From contig NC_087437.1 of the NCBI RefSeq assembly GCF_036321535.1, positions 37,078,001-37,142,000 on the forward strand: DNA of 64,000 bases. Direction: 5' to 3'. Of this stretch, positions 11,941 to 25,786 are shown piece by piece. The stretch is from Camelus dromedarius. Taxonomy: Eukaryota. The position numbers and the translations under genes were made by a program. Position 1 is the first letter of the stretch. Each line of letters opens with the position of its first letter. The notes below the pieces were generated by a model. The model was not told the origin of the DNA and searched no databases. It saw only the letters and a program-made list of their open reading frames with translations.

Positions 11941-14900
11941 TTCACTGGAGGAGCAAGCTTAAGGTTATTGGAAAGAATCTGCATGGGAATTTAAATTACA
12001 ATAATTATAACAGAAGTAGGGCTGGAGAAAGAAACAGTAAGCCAGGAGCCAAAACAGTCAGGGAATGAGGGGGATGACCCTCTGCATACAAGTGTAATTT
12101 TCTATTGTCTACATTTAAACACCTTTTTTTTTTTTTTTTTGCCTTTTTCACATTTCTATTTTCTATTTCTAGCCAAGGTGTTTCTATCTTTTTAATTAGC
12201 ATATTAGTAATTCTATTTTTATTGAAAATGAATTAATTTTTCTTGGTAAGTTATTTCATTAATGTTACTAAACTATGATAAAACTACTAAAATTCATGAA
12301 TCAAAAAAATTAAGGAGTTTAAAATTAAACCGATTTTTCATAAATACATTCTAATCCAATTTTTGTAATAGTCAAGGTGATGGAAATTATGCAATGTACA
12401 TTAATTTGTTCAGCATTTTCCAGGCTTTTAAAAGATGGATACCAAATACAAGTGCTCCTCTCAAAGTTTCAAACCAAGAAATATGGAGCCTAACCAAGAA
12501 AGTTCCATGAGAAAGATTAAGTAAACTCAGTTTAATTCTAGAAACCTGCATAAATTGTCAAGGGAGGTGATAGATTTTCCATTATGGATATTTGATTTAG
12601 AAAGAAATGCTCAGTGTTTGTTTACTTCTTTTCTGAATAGGCTTACTGAAGGTAAGAACCAAATCAGATAATGAATTGCTAGAGCTGTAATCCTTTTGTC
12701 AATAGTTAAGGAATTATTTACTTTTCTTTCTTTGTGGTCAGGGTCTTCCACATGCAATACTTCAAGCATTGCTTAAAATTGAGGAATTAAAAGTTGCATT
12801 TTCTATCACAATGCAAATCTCATCAGACATGCATATTTGCATAAATGATGGAGCCAACCAATTTTATGCCTCTTTAATAATACATTCTTAAATTTGGTTA
12901 TAAGTGAAGGACAGCATTTGCTTATTGATCATGATGCATTATCCATACCCTGGAAAGCACTTGGCAGTTTGCATCTTCTCAGTTGATTTTGAATAATTCA
13001 GGAGGTTATACAAGTTGTGTTTAGTTTCATTAAATTTTTTCCCATATATACCTGACAAATAAAGACATGCAATTAACTACACCTAGTTATGAGCACGGTA
13101 CCGTTTTTAAAATTCAGTTTACAAAGTTATGGCTTTCAGGCACAGCATGTATAATTTTTTTTAATGCATGCTTAACATTCTCCTATAGTATTCATATTGT
13201 ACCTTTTATTATATGGTTTACTACAAACTCTTTTATGGGAAATTTTCTTTTTTCACGTAAGGTGAACATTATAAAAATATACTACTAGGTACAAATCCAA
13301 CATAAAATAATTTCTGTATAATTGGCAAATTATAAAGATTCATTTCTTTAGACAAATTATTTTTTTTCCCATATAAGATATTGTTGTCACTGTTATTTTT
13401 GAAGTATGGAATCAAATTTAAAAGTCATTTTGATTGGGCTTTCAATAAAAAAAGTTTCAAAGTGAACAGAACTGGAGCGCATTTAAGCATAATTGTGGGG
13501 ACTCGACAAGAAATAGTACTGTAATTTTTAAAGTAATACACCAAGCCCCTGGTTATTGCTTTGGAATTAAGTAGGCAAGTACGGCTAACAACCCCAAAGG
13601 AGAGCACAGCTGACCCACTTATACAGTCAGCAGATTCATACGCTGGTAAGAAAGGTGATGGAATTCTGAGCCAAGCCACTATTTCTTAATTTCTAAAATT
13701 AAACATGCATTTAATTCAATATCGAAAAAAATACATGTTTTATAATCTACACAATCTGAAGGTAAGTCTTCCTGAGATAATTCTTACTATACTGGAACAA
13801 ATAAAAATTACTTTGATGGAATACATTAAAATAAAAATTTAAAAATATACTAGCATTTTTGTCATGGTTTGAAAGAAGTATTATCTATTAATCAGTATAA
13901 AATCTAACATTAGGAGTAAGTTCATGTTATAAACTTGTAATAAAAGAGAACTCTGATGAAGAGCTGTATTTGTTTCATACTGTATTTTTTTTTTTAAACT
14001 CTTTTGGAACTACCTGCAAAGATTAAAAAAATGCTGAAAAATATTAGAAATAAATTTGATTTTGCATCATGATAAAAATAATTCATATCTTACTACATTT
14101 TTATTTGGAGTGTTATTCTGAGAGATATTGTACTACTAAATTGCATAAAATCAAGAGCCTCATTTTTCATTTATTTGTATTCAGCTAAAGTATCAGTTAA
14201 TAGGCCATATTATAACACACTTCAATGATTGTTCTAATACTTCCGTGAAAATTTCAAGTTATTTTAATCAAAATCAATTTTTTGAATGTGTTCTATGAAA
14301 ATAAATCAAAACAAAAAGACAAACATCTTATGCAAAATAAAACTGCATGTTCTAAGTTGGAATCATCCTTACATTTTTACAAAAAGCAAAGTATACTTGT
14401 ATCTCTGGACCTTCCCTACCCACTTCCAACCTATTTATTACCTTCTCACTGTAGTACAGTGTACATCCAAAATAATGTAAGAAGAAACATTGAGAAAAAT
14501 GATCTTGTTATAGATCGTAAAACTAGTACCTTTTAAGTTTTGCCTGCTAATAAAGTAGTGTTATTCCCATGTGTGAAATAATGATCTAAGAGACTGGCTT
14601 GCTTGCTCTTACTTATATTTTTGATATTCTAGTGTAGCCTGAAACCTCTAGAGCCGAAATTGTAAGAAAACTTAGAATAATCCAAGTGCATTAATATCAT
14701 CTGATTATTAATTTTTATTTAGACATATTCAGATGATACACCTTCAAGTATCATATAGTTTATTTCAATAAATTTTAAGAAGTACTTTTATGTATTTTTG
14801 AAGGAGTGATCTTTACAAATTGAAAATAAAGATCAGTCAAAAATGTTTTGCCACTATAAAACTTTTTCCTCAGCTTCATTTACATCCATAACTTCATCAT

Positions 14901-16539
14901 AAGAATTTTAAGAGGCTTTATTTCTACTTTTAATTTTAGAAACTGCCATATGGATAAGACTTTATGTTCTCAATATATTATAAAGAGCAATGGGAGAAAC
15001 AGCAAGAAATAAAATTTTAGTTAATGACTTATAAATCCTGAGGACTTCTCATTTGAGACTTACATATGAGCAGCTTTACTGGAACAAAAACATGGAGAGG
15101 TAAAGTGATTTGCCTTAGCTCAAAAAGCTCATAGATGGTTGAATCAAACTTAACCTATTAAATTCAGTTTTCTACTGCTTTCTAAAATCACAATTCTTAA
15201 TTTAACAATGGATGTGCTTTGGGTTGTAGTGACGTTATAGAGTTGTGTTTGCTTGACAAATGTAGAAAATATCTAACTACATACAAGTGTCAATAAGTAT
15301 TTAACTTGCAAATTACTTTCTGAATCATAACTAGGAATATTTCCAACTATCAAATAAAAGTTTGTAGAAAATATGAGAAGCCTTTGATTACATACATCAA
15401 AAAGCTACATATATATTTATACATATTTAAATAAGAAAGTAACTGCAGGAAGATAAAAGATCCTCTTAAATTATACATGTGCACTATCATCAAATCTATA
15501 TACATTATGTTATTAAAATTAATCAAATGATTCCTAAAATACAATGAAAACAAATCCTATGAAATCTTGTTTCTATCTAGCTGTTCATTCTGTTATTTAA
15601 AGAATAAGGGAGTATTTCATGAGAAGGTTACAAAGTAAGTGATGGCATCAATATACATATATTCATATGGTTTGCTGAAGCTATGAATTATATGTGTTAC
15701 CAATATATGGAAGAAATCAAAAGTAATGATTATGTCTTGTCTTTTCTCATGGGAATATATTATTGTTTTTATATTGCCATGAAGCCATTTGCCATGTATG
15801 TGTGAAATATTACACTATAAAATTATTAATTTAGCACTCAACTATCCATATTGATTGTTTAAGCATGGTGAGATTCAAAATACATTTAGTATTTTTAAAG
15901 TAAATTTAAATCTTTGAAAATAAAAATAGTTCAAAGCGGTGCTTACTAAGGTATTTTTCAAGCTTTACAAAATTACAATACGGTAGTCATTTGGAAGTTC
16001 AGCATGGAACTTACTTCCTATTGAGGAGCTTAATTACCAGACATTTTGCTCACATTATCTGAAGGTAATGATTAGAACACATTAAAAACCTAGCAGATTC
16101 AGATCTAAGTGAACAACAAGGTACAGAAGGTGAGGAAAGGTCTCCCAAGAAAGCGCAAGGCCAAAGCCATTAAGTACCTTCTATGAGAGTAAAATCATTT
16201 AGAAATCAATGCAAAATCTTTTAGAGTCTGTGTTCAGTAAAACACAAATAAAACTGCCAGGAAGAATGAGAGCCTCTAAATTTTGTATGAACTAGAAATT
16301 ACATGGAAAATCATAGGGAGGAAAAAGACTTGAGTATTTAGATTCATATCAAATATAGTTGTTTCAGTGCTTTAAAGATATTACTGAGCATTGCTGCAAA
16401 CCCTATTACTTTATTTCTAATATTAAAATTTCAATTTTATGTTATAATAATGGTAAAGGATGCACTTATTGATGAATTGGTAGAAACTGTACAATGACTT
16501 TATTTACGTATTTTAAAATAGGGTATTTTAATTTTCTAG

Positions 16540-17915
16540 ATAACATAGATAGAATTGATCTATAGAGATGAATAGATCAACAAAACAATTAGAGTTCAGA
16601 AATAGATTCATACGTAAAGAAACAAATGTGACAAAAGTGTAAAAGGCAAGTCAGTGGAGAAAGGCTAGGCTTTTCAACAAATAGTGCTAGAATAATTGGA
16701 CATCCATATATCAACAAATTTTGATACAAATATCACCCTATATACAAATATTAATTTTAAATGGATCATAGATCCAAATGTAAAATCTAAAGCTATAAAA
16801 CTCCTAGAAGAAAATACACAAAACAACCTTCTTAGTCTTGGCTAAAAAATTCTGAACTATGTCATCAAAGGCATGATTCACTCAAGAAAATTTGATAATT
16901 TGACTTCATGAAAATTAAAAATGTTGCTCTTCAAAATCAAGACTGGGAAAATATTTGAAAATTTTTTATTTTATCAGAACTTGTATCTAGAATATACAGG
17001 GTACTCCAAAAAATCAGTCAGAAGACAACTCAAGTAAAAATGGACAAAATATTTGAACAGTTTGTGAAAGAAGAATTGTAGATAGCAAATAAACTCATAA
17101 AAATATATATTATTAGTCATTAAGAAAATGTAAATTTAAAGCATGATGGGTAACACTAAATATTTACTAGATTATCTTTAAAAAGATTGACAACTGCAAG
17201 TATTGGCAAGGCTGTGGGGCAACAGTGACTCTCATATACTGGAGTGGTAATGTAAAATGATCCTACCACTTCAGAAAAAATCTGGCAATTTGTTCAATTT
17301 TAAATATACACCTATCATATAATCCATGTGATATCATACACAGGTATTCTCCAGGACAAATTAAAGCATATGTCCATACAAAGACTTGTACATGAGTGTT
17401 CACTGAAATGTCATTTGTAATTCTGCAGTAGCCCCAAACTAGAGACAGCCAAAATGTCCACCTACAGGTGAACAGATAATCGAATTGCAATATACACACA
17501 CACACACAAACATACACACAATGGTATACCACACAGCAAAAAATATATGAATGAACTATTGATATATAAAACAACATTGACAAATCTCAGAATAATTATG
17601 CTGAGTGAAAGAAGCAAGATCAAAAAAAAAAAAAGAAATACTATGTGATTCTATGTATGTTCATCTCTAGAAAAGGCATACTAATGTACAGTGACAGAAA
17701 GCACATGGTCAACTAGAGCTGCTGAGGGAGGATAGCGGGGAGAGGTGAGAGGAAAAACAAAGGGATATGAGGCAACTTTCGGGAGTGATGTGTTTTACTA
17801 TCTTTAATGTATTTATGGTTTCATGGTATATACATATTTCAAAACATCAAAGTTTACAGTTAAAGTATGTACAGAGAATTTTATGTTAAATGCAATCCAA
17901 CAAAACTGTTAAACA
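16540..17915 (+). mobile_element. Ancient L1M (L1MC/ME-like) ORF2 3' part + 3' UTR
   Basis: Landmarks 'cttttcaacaaatagtgctagaataattggacatccata', 'aaaactcctagaagaaaa', 'aaagcatatgtccatacaaagacttgtaca' and 'taattatgctgagtgaaagaagc'. Confidence 0.85.
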
Positions 17916-18829
17916 AAAAGCTACCACCTTCATTAGCTTTGTGAACAAAATTTTTAAAAAAGACACTGAAAAATATAACAGCAGCAGCAGCAGCAATGAT
18001 AATAATGATGATGACAATGAAGAAGAAAAAAAGAACATGCCACAGCTACTTTTAGGCTGCTCCAAACAAGCAAAAGAAGCAAACCACCAAAAGCCTTAGC
18101 ATAAAAGAGGTTTCACCAACCATGAAATGATTTTCCCTGTATCTATTTCTCTACCTTCCACCACAAATTGTTTTATTGGTTTGAAGGACCAAAAACTGTT
18201 GGTAAAGGTAGCACATGGGACAATTCCTTGGGAGGAATAAGTAACTCCCAAGAATCATTTGGGAATGGCTCTTAAGTTACATTATATACTTTACATAAAA
18301 TATCTAAAAGAAAACACCCAGAAAGCCAGTGTAATGGCTTTTGTAGAACTGGCTTCCTAGTTTTTTGTGCTTTATACCTCATAGGCAAGTAAACCTTGAT
18401 TGAACAAACTAAAGTTAGATAACCTGTGGTTGCCACTTTTATTCTGGAGGATCAATATTTTGAATAAATTCACATAGAATTCAACTACAGTCCTAATAAC
18501 GTACAGAGACAACTTTCTTTAAACATCAGTAGGTATGTGAAAAAAAATTCAAAGGCAGTGTACCATGCTAGTAAAGTAAAGCAACAAATTTCTTCATGAA
18601 ACAGAATAAAAGCTAAAAGAAAAAGATAATATTAATTACAAGATTTGTGATAACATCTTCCCAAATGATCCTGGACCAGGGATGAGCAGTTTCTGATGAA
18701 AGATGTATTTGTACCACGCAATAGACAGTGACACACTGACCTTATCTGACAAACAACTCAGTGTTAAATATTGTTTTAGAATTTTGAGTAAAACCAGAAA
18801 AATATGAATATACTAAGCAAAAATAAAGC

Positions 18830-19140
18830 AGACACAGAGTAGATGATCCAATACTCATGAAACAGCAAAATTCTGAGTGAGATGAGAACAGCCAGAGAAG
18901 CAAAAAAAAAAAAAAAAAAAAAAGCTATAAAACAAGAGATTCCTATGCAGAATAAGCATGAATCTTTACAACGAAGGGACCCAGTAGTACCACTGATATT
19001 AATTAAAACACCCACACTTTAACATTATTTTGTTGAAGTTTTCACGTTCCAAAACTTAGATAAACTGCAAGCATCCAGACAGAGGGAAAAACAGAATTTT
19101 CCAAAGAACAGAAAACAAATACATTAAAACATCAGGTTAA
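18830..19140 (+). mobile_element. Very old L1/HAL1 ORF1-region relic
   Basis: 'aacacccacactttaacattattttgttgaagttttca...gcaagcatccagacagagggaaaaacag' resembles the decayed ORF1 RRM-CTD segment (TPRHIIVKF...ILKASREKKQ). Confidence 0.4.
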
Positions 19141-19699
19141 AATTACAATAGACAAGACTTGATATTGATTTGCTTATAAGAATATGAAAATAAGTAAATT
19201 CCAAAAGAAAGATTCAAGGATGACTCTCTGGTACTTCTATGAGGAACCAGTACTATTCATTGAGATGGAGGAGTATAGCAGGAGGGCCCAATTTGTGGGT
19301 AAAATTATATGAAATGATTTAAAGTGAGCCATGTTGATTCTGTGAGGCTTCTCAGATGGGATTTCCAGATGTCAGATTATAAATAGTAATTAGGAGATCA
19401 TAAAATTATCAAACAATGCATATAGAGTAGAAAATTTAATATTTTCTCAAACATCAAAATTTTAATTTATATTTAATCCCTCAATCCGTATTAATTTATT
19501 CTATTTGGTGCTTATTCTATACCTGACTAATTTGGATTCTTTTAAAATATTATCACATTTAATCATTGTCACACAATTTTACAGTAGGTGTTATTATCCC
19601 CGTTTTAGATGAGGAAGCTGAGGGTCTAATGGATTAATTTGTGTAATAAGACATTTAGAATGCTAGCCCCTGAGTTTTGACATCCTCCTAACTGGTCAT

Positions 19700-20280
19700 C
19701 CTGCCATTTGTCATTGCTCCCTGATGCTGTTTCCACATTGAAGGCTGAATGATGTTCCTGTTGTCTTCAACATAAAGTTTAAGCTCCACTGTTGTTGTGC
19801 TACGCCCTTCAGAATCTGACCTTCCTAATATGTACAGCTTTCTTTCTCCCAGTATTCTCTCTCTCTCTCTTCTACAAGAATCTCAGTGTCAAATTTGGAC
19901 AGATTGTTCAGCAGTGGCTGCACTTCCACATAGTTCCACCTGCCTTGAAAGCCTCTCTTTTCTCTTACTCCAGGCTAATGTCTACTCAGAATTCAGGGTT
20001 TGCAAGGATCATTTTCTCTAAGTGCTCTTACTCCCTCCAATTTTAAATAGATGTCCTGTGTGTTCCCATTTCCACTCTGTTCATACATGTCATTATATTT
20101 TTCACACTATTTCTACTACTACTACTACTACACTTTTCACTATTATTCTCTAATTTTCTCTTTGTTTTTTTCTTCATTAATAGATCATAAGATCCTTAAG
20201 GTTATGCTCTATCTCCAGTATCTAGCATACTGCCTGACATAATACACACTCAAATAGTATTTGTTTAATTAGTAAATAAG
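19700..20280 (+). mobile_element. LINE-2 3' end
   Basis: Terminal 'atctccagtatctagcatactgcctgacataatacacactcaaatagtatttgtttaattagtaaataa' matches the L2 3' terminus. Confidence 0.65.
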
Positions 20281-23200
20281 TATAAGAAGTAGAAAACTTA
20301 GGTCAATTGATAATATTAGAAAGAAAATTACAAAAGAAATTAGAAAATGTGCAATTAATCTAATGCACAATTAAGCAAATGCACATTGGAACATCTATAA
20401 AAATATTAAAAGTTAAAATGAAAATACAAAAGTATTCTCACAAATAGACAAATTTAAAATTTTATTATTAGAAAGACATGAATTAAAATTCTAAGATAAT
20501 AAAAAGAATAGCAAGTTATATGAAGACAACCATAATTAGGTAAGTAAAATGTTTAGTATACAATATGTATAGTATTTAATCTCATTCAAAATCAAAATAG
20601 GTAATTTCTATCAACTTAGCAACTATTAAAACAAACCATTACAATGAGGCACAAGAGCAAGCAGCCCTTTCCATGAACTTACAGAGGGACTGCAAAGAGG
20701 AAGGAATTTGGTATAAATAGTATGATTATGCATCCAGAGCATTAAAACTTCAACAATCTTGAGCAGCATTCTTTTCTTAGTAATGAATTGTTTTTGAAAA
20801 GGCAAACATGTGTACCAAGATACCAGGGACAAGCTTGATCATCACAGGGTTATTTATAATAAGAAAATTAGGAACCACTTATATGTTCAATAATAAAAGA
20901 ACTGCTAGTAAATTATATATATGACATGAAATATAATTAATATTATATAATAATATATGAAAATGTTGAATGGCTTCATAAATTATCTTGTTATATAAAA
21001 ATTACATACATAATATGCATTGAAATTAAAAATGTATATACAATATATACACATTTTATCTTTTCACATTTTTCTCCATTAAGCATAATTAATGTTCAGA
21101 AAAACAATAAGCACATCACCTAACTAATGAAAGGAGAATACAATTATAGAAAGAAGCAAAAGTTAAATAGCATGAATTATGAAACATCTTCACATTTTAA
21201 GTACTAATTTTCGAACAAGTTCTGTGCTTGCCACTCAGAGAAATAATGCGAATACAAAATCTCAGACTACTCAGAGCCACTAGCATCCATGTTTTCAACA
21301 TCTAGTTGATTACACATGTATAGGAGGGAAAGATTATAAGATCATTGCAATCATCAATCAACCTTATAATTCTTTCCACGTCCCCTTTGAAAAATAGCTA
21401 TAGCTGTATCTTTAAATATAAAAACATAAATGTAAAAGCTCAGTGATCAAATGAACTATCCACAAAGGTTAGTTATAACCAGCAAGGAAACAACAGATAG
21501 ACTCTGCCCAACAGGAGGAAAATGTTATTGTAGGTTACGTCAGGTGATCCTTCTGTTTGCTCCCACAGAAGAGAAATCTGCATGGAATAACTATTTTTCT
21601 GACAACTGATTAGCATTTTGATGTGCTCAAAATTTGTTCACATGGAAATAAAATATTAAGGCAGACAGCAGTTCAAAGTAATGAAACTACTGAACAAAAA
21701 ATGTTTTTCTATATTTTTTAGATAATTTGTTGCCATGGAATGCACTCAAGATTGTTTCTACCTTCTCTGGTTACCACAGATGTAAGCATATAACAAGAAG
21801 TAGATTTATATATTGGGCTAAAAGTGTACCTTCTTTTGATTTAGTCTATTTAAAATTAGTGCAAAACCAGGATCTATATTCCTGTTTAGTAAATGATGAT
21901 AAAATATTATGTCTTAGGATTACTGGAGAGTGTTGAGATTCAATTTTCTCTTTTATATAGTGGAGATGAAAAACTGAAAATATCACTAAATATATTATGT
22001 CATTATTCAAAAAGAACTTATCCCGAAATTTGTATATTAGACTTCTACAAAACTTTTCCAATTTGTAACATTTCATACTCTATTAATTGCTGTTGGAATG
22101 TTACTTTAAATCTATACTATATGAAAACACCTGATCATTCTTGAATGTGTTCTAAATGTGATTGCTTTTTACCTGCCTTGCTGAAATAAAAATGTTACAG
22201 TAAGGTGATGGAGATGAATGTTCTTAAACAAAAACATGCAAATTACAGGTAATTGAAATGTGTTTAAACTGTGCTTGGTTCTAATTGTGAGAAGAGAATA
22301 TCAGCTTACATCTGGGATATGCATTTGCTCTTGCAGTTCACAGTCTATTTAGTAAATGAACTCTGCCAGCACAGCAAATGTTACCACAGTGGCCCACAAG
22401 TGCTAAAGCACAGCCACAAATTGGAAGCCTCCCTCGCCCCATGCCACTTTGTTCCCATAGTATCATGCTTAGAGTTCCACTGTTCATTCACTTTTCAGGA
22501 CATAAAAGTAGCTAAATATCTTCAACATGATTTTTTTTTCTTTTTTTACTATAGGTACAAGAGTTCATTTTCCCCTTCATCATGCAGAAGAACCAGATAT
22601 GGTGGTCTCTTGGGAAGCACACTGCAGAGGAAGTTTTATGCTCCTGTAATATTCCACACAACAAACATCTTTGACTCAAACATATATTACAAAAATGAAT
22701 TATCATGTATTTGGTCAGTACTGTTGGCTTTTCTTTTCTTTTGCCGTTCTTAATTTGATCCATTGAAACTTGCTCATTTTAAAAAAATATCTCACGCTGT
22801 CTAAAATACAGCAGACTGATGCCATCCCTGTATTTCCTGAGCCTCTGGCTATCCACAATTTGAAAAGGAAACCACAAGAAGATAGTGCCATCTATTCACT
22901 TCTGAAAAATGTATATTTTATGAGCTTGTAAGATATTCTGTTGGTGAAGGTAAAGTGAATAATGCTTATTAAGACCAACAATATAGAAGCTCACAGAATT
23001 TGGAGCTGCTGCTGTCTGATGGAAATACTGCTGAAATAAGGAGCCAAATTTGCTGTGTAATAAACTGAAACAACCACCAAACACATGCATTTATAGGCAG
23101 CATTATTTTAGAAAAAGCATGCTTTATTTCCCAGAGTTGAGTTGCAAAATTTAATAAATTAATTTTAGTACACCCCTTCTTCTGAAAGAGAATTTTAGTA

Positions 23201-24454
23201 TTTTTAAACTATCAGATCTCTGACATTATGCTCAGCAAATCACAGATTAGGAAAAATAAATCCAAAAACTAACTTTAGTGGAGAGTTGTCAGGAAAATAG
23301 ATCCTTACAAAGTAATTTGCAACCCAAACAAAATTGTCAATTTTAAGGCTGTTTTCCATAATATTTAGTTATATACATGGCTTGATAATTCTAAAGGACT
23401 GGTGGTCACTGAAGTGTTCAAAAATGCATCTTATGATAAAACATTATACATGTATTGTTTTAAAGTACACAATGAGATAACATTTTGAAATATGACCTAG
23501 TTTGAAATGCATACCTTCATTTTTTCTGAAGTATCAGTAGTTGCTTGGTATATCTAACTAAAAATTGCCATATTTTGTGGCTTTACATTCCATATGACTT
23601 AAGCATCTTAGCAAGATTGTTGGTGTTCCAAAAGTAAAAATGTGGTATATAAGAAAACCACAAATTTATTTACTATTCAAGATCTGAGGTAGACTGCTTA
23701 AGATATTATTAAGCTGATTAAAAATAAGCTGATTTTGAAGATTGCAAAAAACTGAACCAAACACATATATACATCATAAATATTCACTTGGTTTAATTAT
23801 GAGTGATAATCTAGGCATGCTTTCTTGTAAGTACAATAATTTGTGGTTTAATTTCAAAAGTTTTCCCAAGCATTAATATGATTTTACATACAAAGACTAT
23901 ATATTAGATGATTAAAATACCCAGTATCATGGTGATTAAATAGTTCAAGAAATCACATTGCTGTTTTTGGGATTTATTTACTGTAGGGTCTTAGTATTTT
24001 AAATATTGGATCTAGTAATCGAGACTTCGTGAAAATATGATGTTTCAAAATATCTTAATATATATCTTTCAAAATTCTTACGTATTTTTTAATCTTTTTA
24101 GAATAAATATAACGATATTAAAATATATCAGGTAATATGAATATCAACATATTAACTTCCACCTGGCTAATTATGTAAATCAATCACAATTATATGTTTC
24201 ACTGCACTAATTTTTATGTAGTACTAATTAAGTTATTTATAAGTTATTTGATTTTACAAATATTATTTGTGCCCCCCCCTGAAAAAACTCAAAGGACTAA
24301 TTCTGGGGACAGAATATTTTTTAAAAAGACACTATAGCATTTTTACCTTTTAGTTTAAAAACTCATGCTGATTCTTGGGGTGCAAGTTTTACCTAACTAC
24401 AGCAAATGTTATTGAGACACATATATTACTTTTATTTAAATGTATATAGTTTGA

Positions 24455-25786
24455 GGAAAGAGAAGCAAGATGGTGGAGTAGAAGGACGCTCGTAGCTCAC
24501 CCTCTCCCACAAATACACCAAAACTCACATCTACGGACCCACTCAGCCAACCAGAGCACCTGCCGAACTCCGACTGAACATCGCCCTCTTTGAAAGACAA
24601 AGACGCCAAAAATCTGGTAGGAGAAAAGGGAAAAAGAAAGAAGAAAAAGAAAAACAGTGCAAGATCGGTCCCATGGGGAGGGAGCAGCAAAGGAGGAATA
24701 ATGCTCATTCCCTGGGTCTCCGCCCTCCAATGGAGAGCCCAACGATGGAGGGGGAGCCTTCGAGGCTCAGATCTGCCCCGAGCACCCCTTGACTGACAGT
24801 ACTAAGTTAAACGGGCATGAACGGTCCCTGCAACACCCAGTCCAAGACGTGAGCCAGCAGCTGGGGCCGGGACAGGCCGCCCAAGCCAGGCAGAGGTCTG
24901 GGGCAGCTGCACTGAGGCAGCCCCCGGGGACTGCGTGGGGCTGCATGCCATGGCTGGGAGGGGATACGGAGTAGAACAACCTTGGTCCCCCATAAATTGT
25001 GAAAAAAGCAGAACAACACCACTGGTGTGTCCTGGGAGGAGGAGTACCATACCCTTTGTCTCCTCAGACCTGCGCCGCCATTACTGGCGCTTCTCAGGAG
25101 AAGAGAGGTGGGGCGCAGCCACAGCTGCCATCTCCTCCTGTGCACAGTGCCTGGGCTGGGGTGGGGCCAAGACCTGAATCTACACCTGGGGCTCTGCAAC
25201 CTCCTAGGCAGGACTGAGACTTGTTTACAGCCCAAGGCAGATAGGACCTTTCTGCCCTGGCACCTCAGAGAACTCACACCACCAAGGCAAACAAGGAGCT
25301 GAGATTTGGCACGGAGCAGGGGCGGGGCTGTTCCATGGTCTTCCTGGAGCCCGCCTATGGAGCTCTGGCCCGAGGTGGAGTGGGCAGCTGCACAGAGCAG
25401 CGGAGTGACTGGTGCCTGGAGAGGGTGGGCGGCCACCCACTTTCCAGCAGGAATGCAGCACCTGACCACGGTGCTGGGAGAGGGCACAATCCGCCCACCT
25501 GCCTTGCATAAGTGCAGGTCTGACTGCGGCATCGGCAAGGGGAGTGACCCGCCCGCCCACCTGGTAAGAGCTCAGCACCTGACCCAGTGTTGGGAGGGTG
25601 CGTGACCTGCTAGCTGACAGCCACTGGGAGCAGCACAGACGAGGGAGCCAATGGAGGGCCTCTGGAAACAGCAAGCTGAGTTCGCGAAACAGGGCGAAGA
25701 CACAAAGACCTCTCAATAAAATCATTTAAAGCACACAGTCTCCAGGAGAACTAAATATCTGATACTCCTTAAGCCACAGTGCTGGT
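24455..25786 (+). promoter_or_regulatory. L1 5' UTR internal Pol II promoter region (GC/CpG-rich), with decayed YY1-type motif at 24466-24476
   Basis: The only extended GC-rich stretch in the window. 'caagatggtgg' near the 5' end matches the L1 YY1 site caagatggcgg with a CpG-type C>T change. Activity cannot be shown from sequence. Confidence 0.7.

Noticed and set aside
17890..18099. 69-aa ORF with poly-S/N/D/E runs
   Set aside because: It derives from mixed triplet repeats (CAG, GAT/AAT, GAA) next to an L1 A-rich tail, with no splice context or homology.
22271..22753. 160-aa plus-strand ORF
   Set aside because: Non-ATG start, runs through a poly-T tract (FFFFF), and has no recognisable domain.
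24455..25786. GC-rich stretch as a host-gene CpG island
   Set aside because: It lies inside the TSD-bounded L1 and directly precedes ORF1, so it is the L1 5' UTR.
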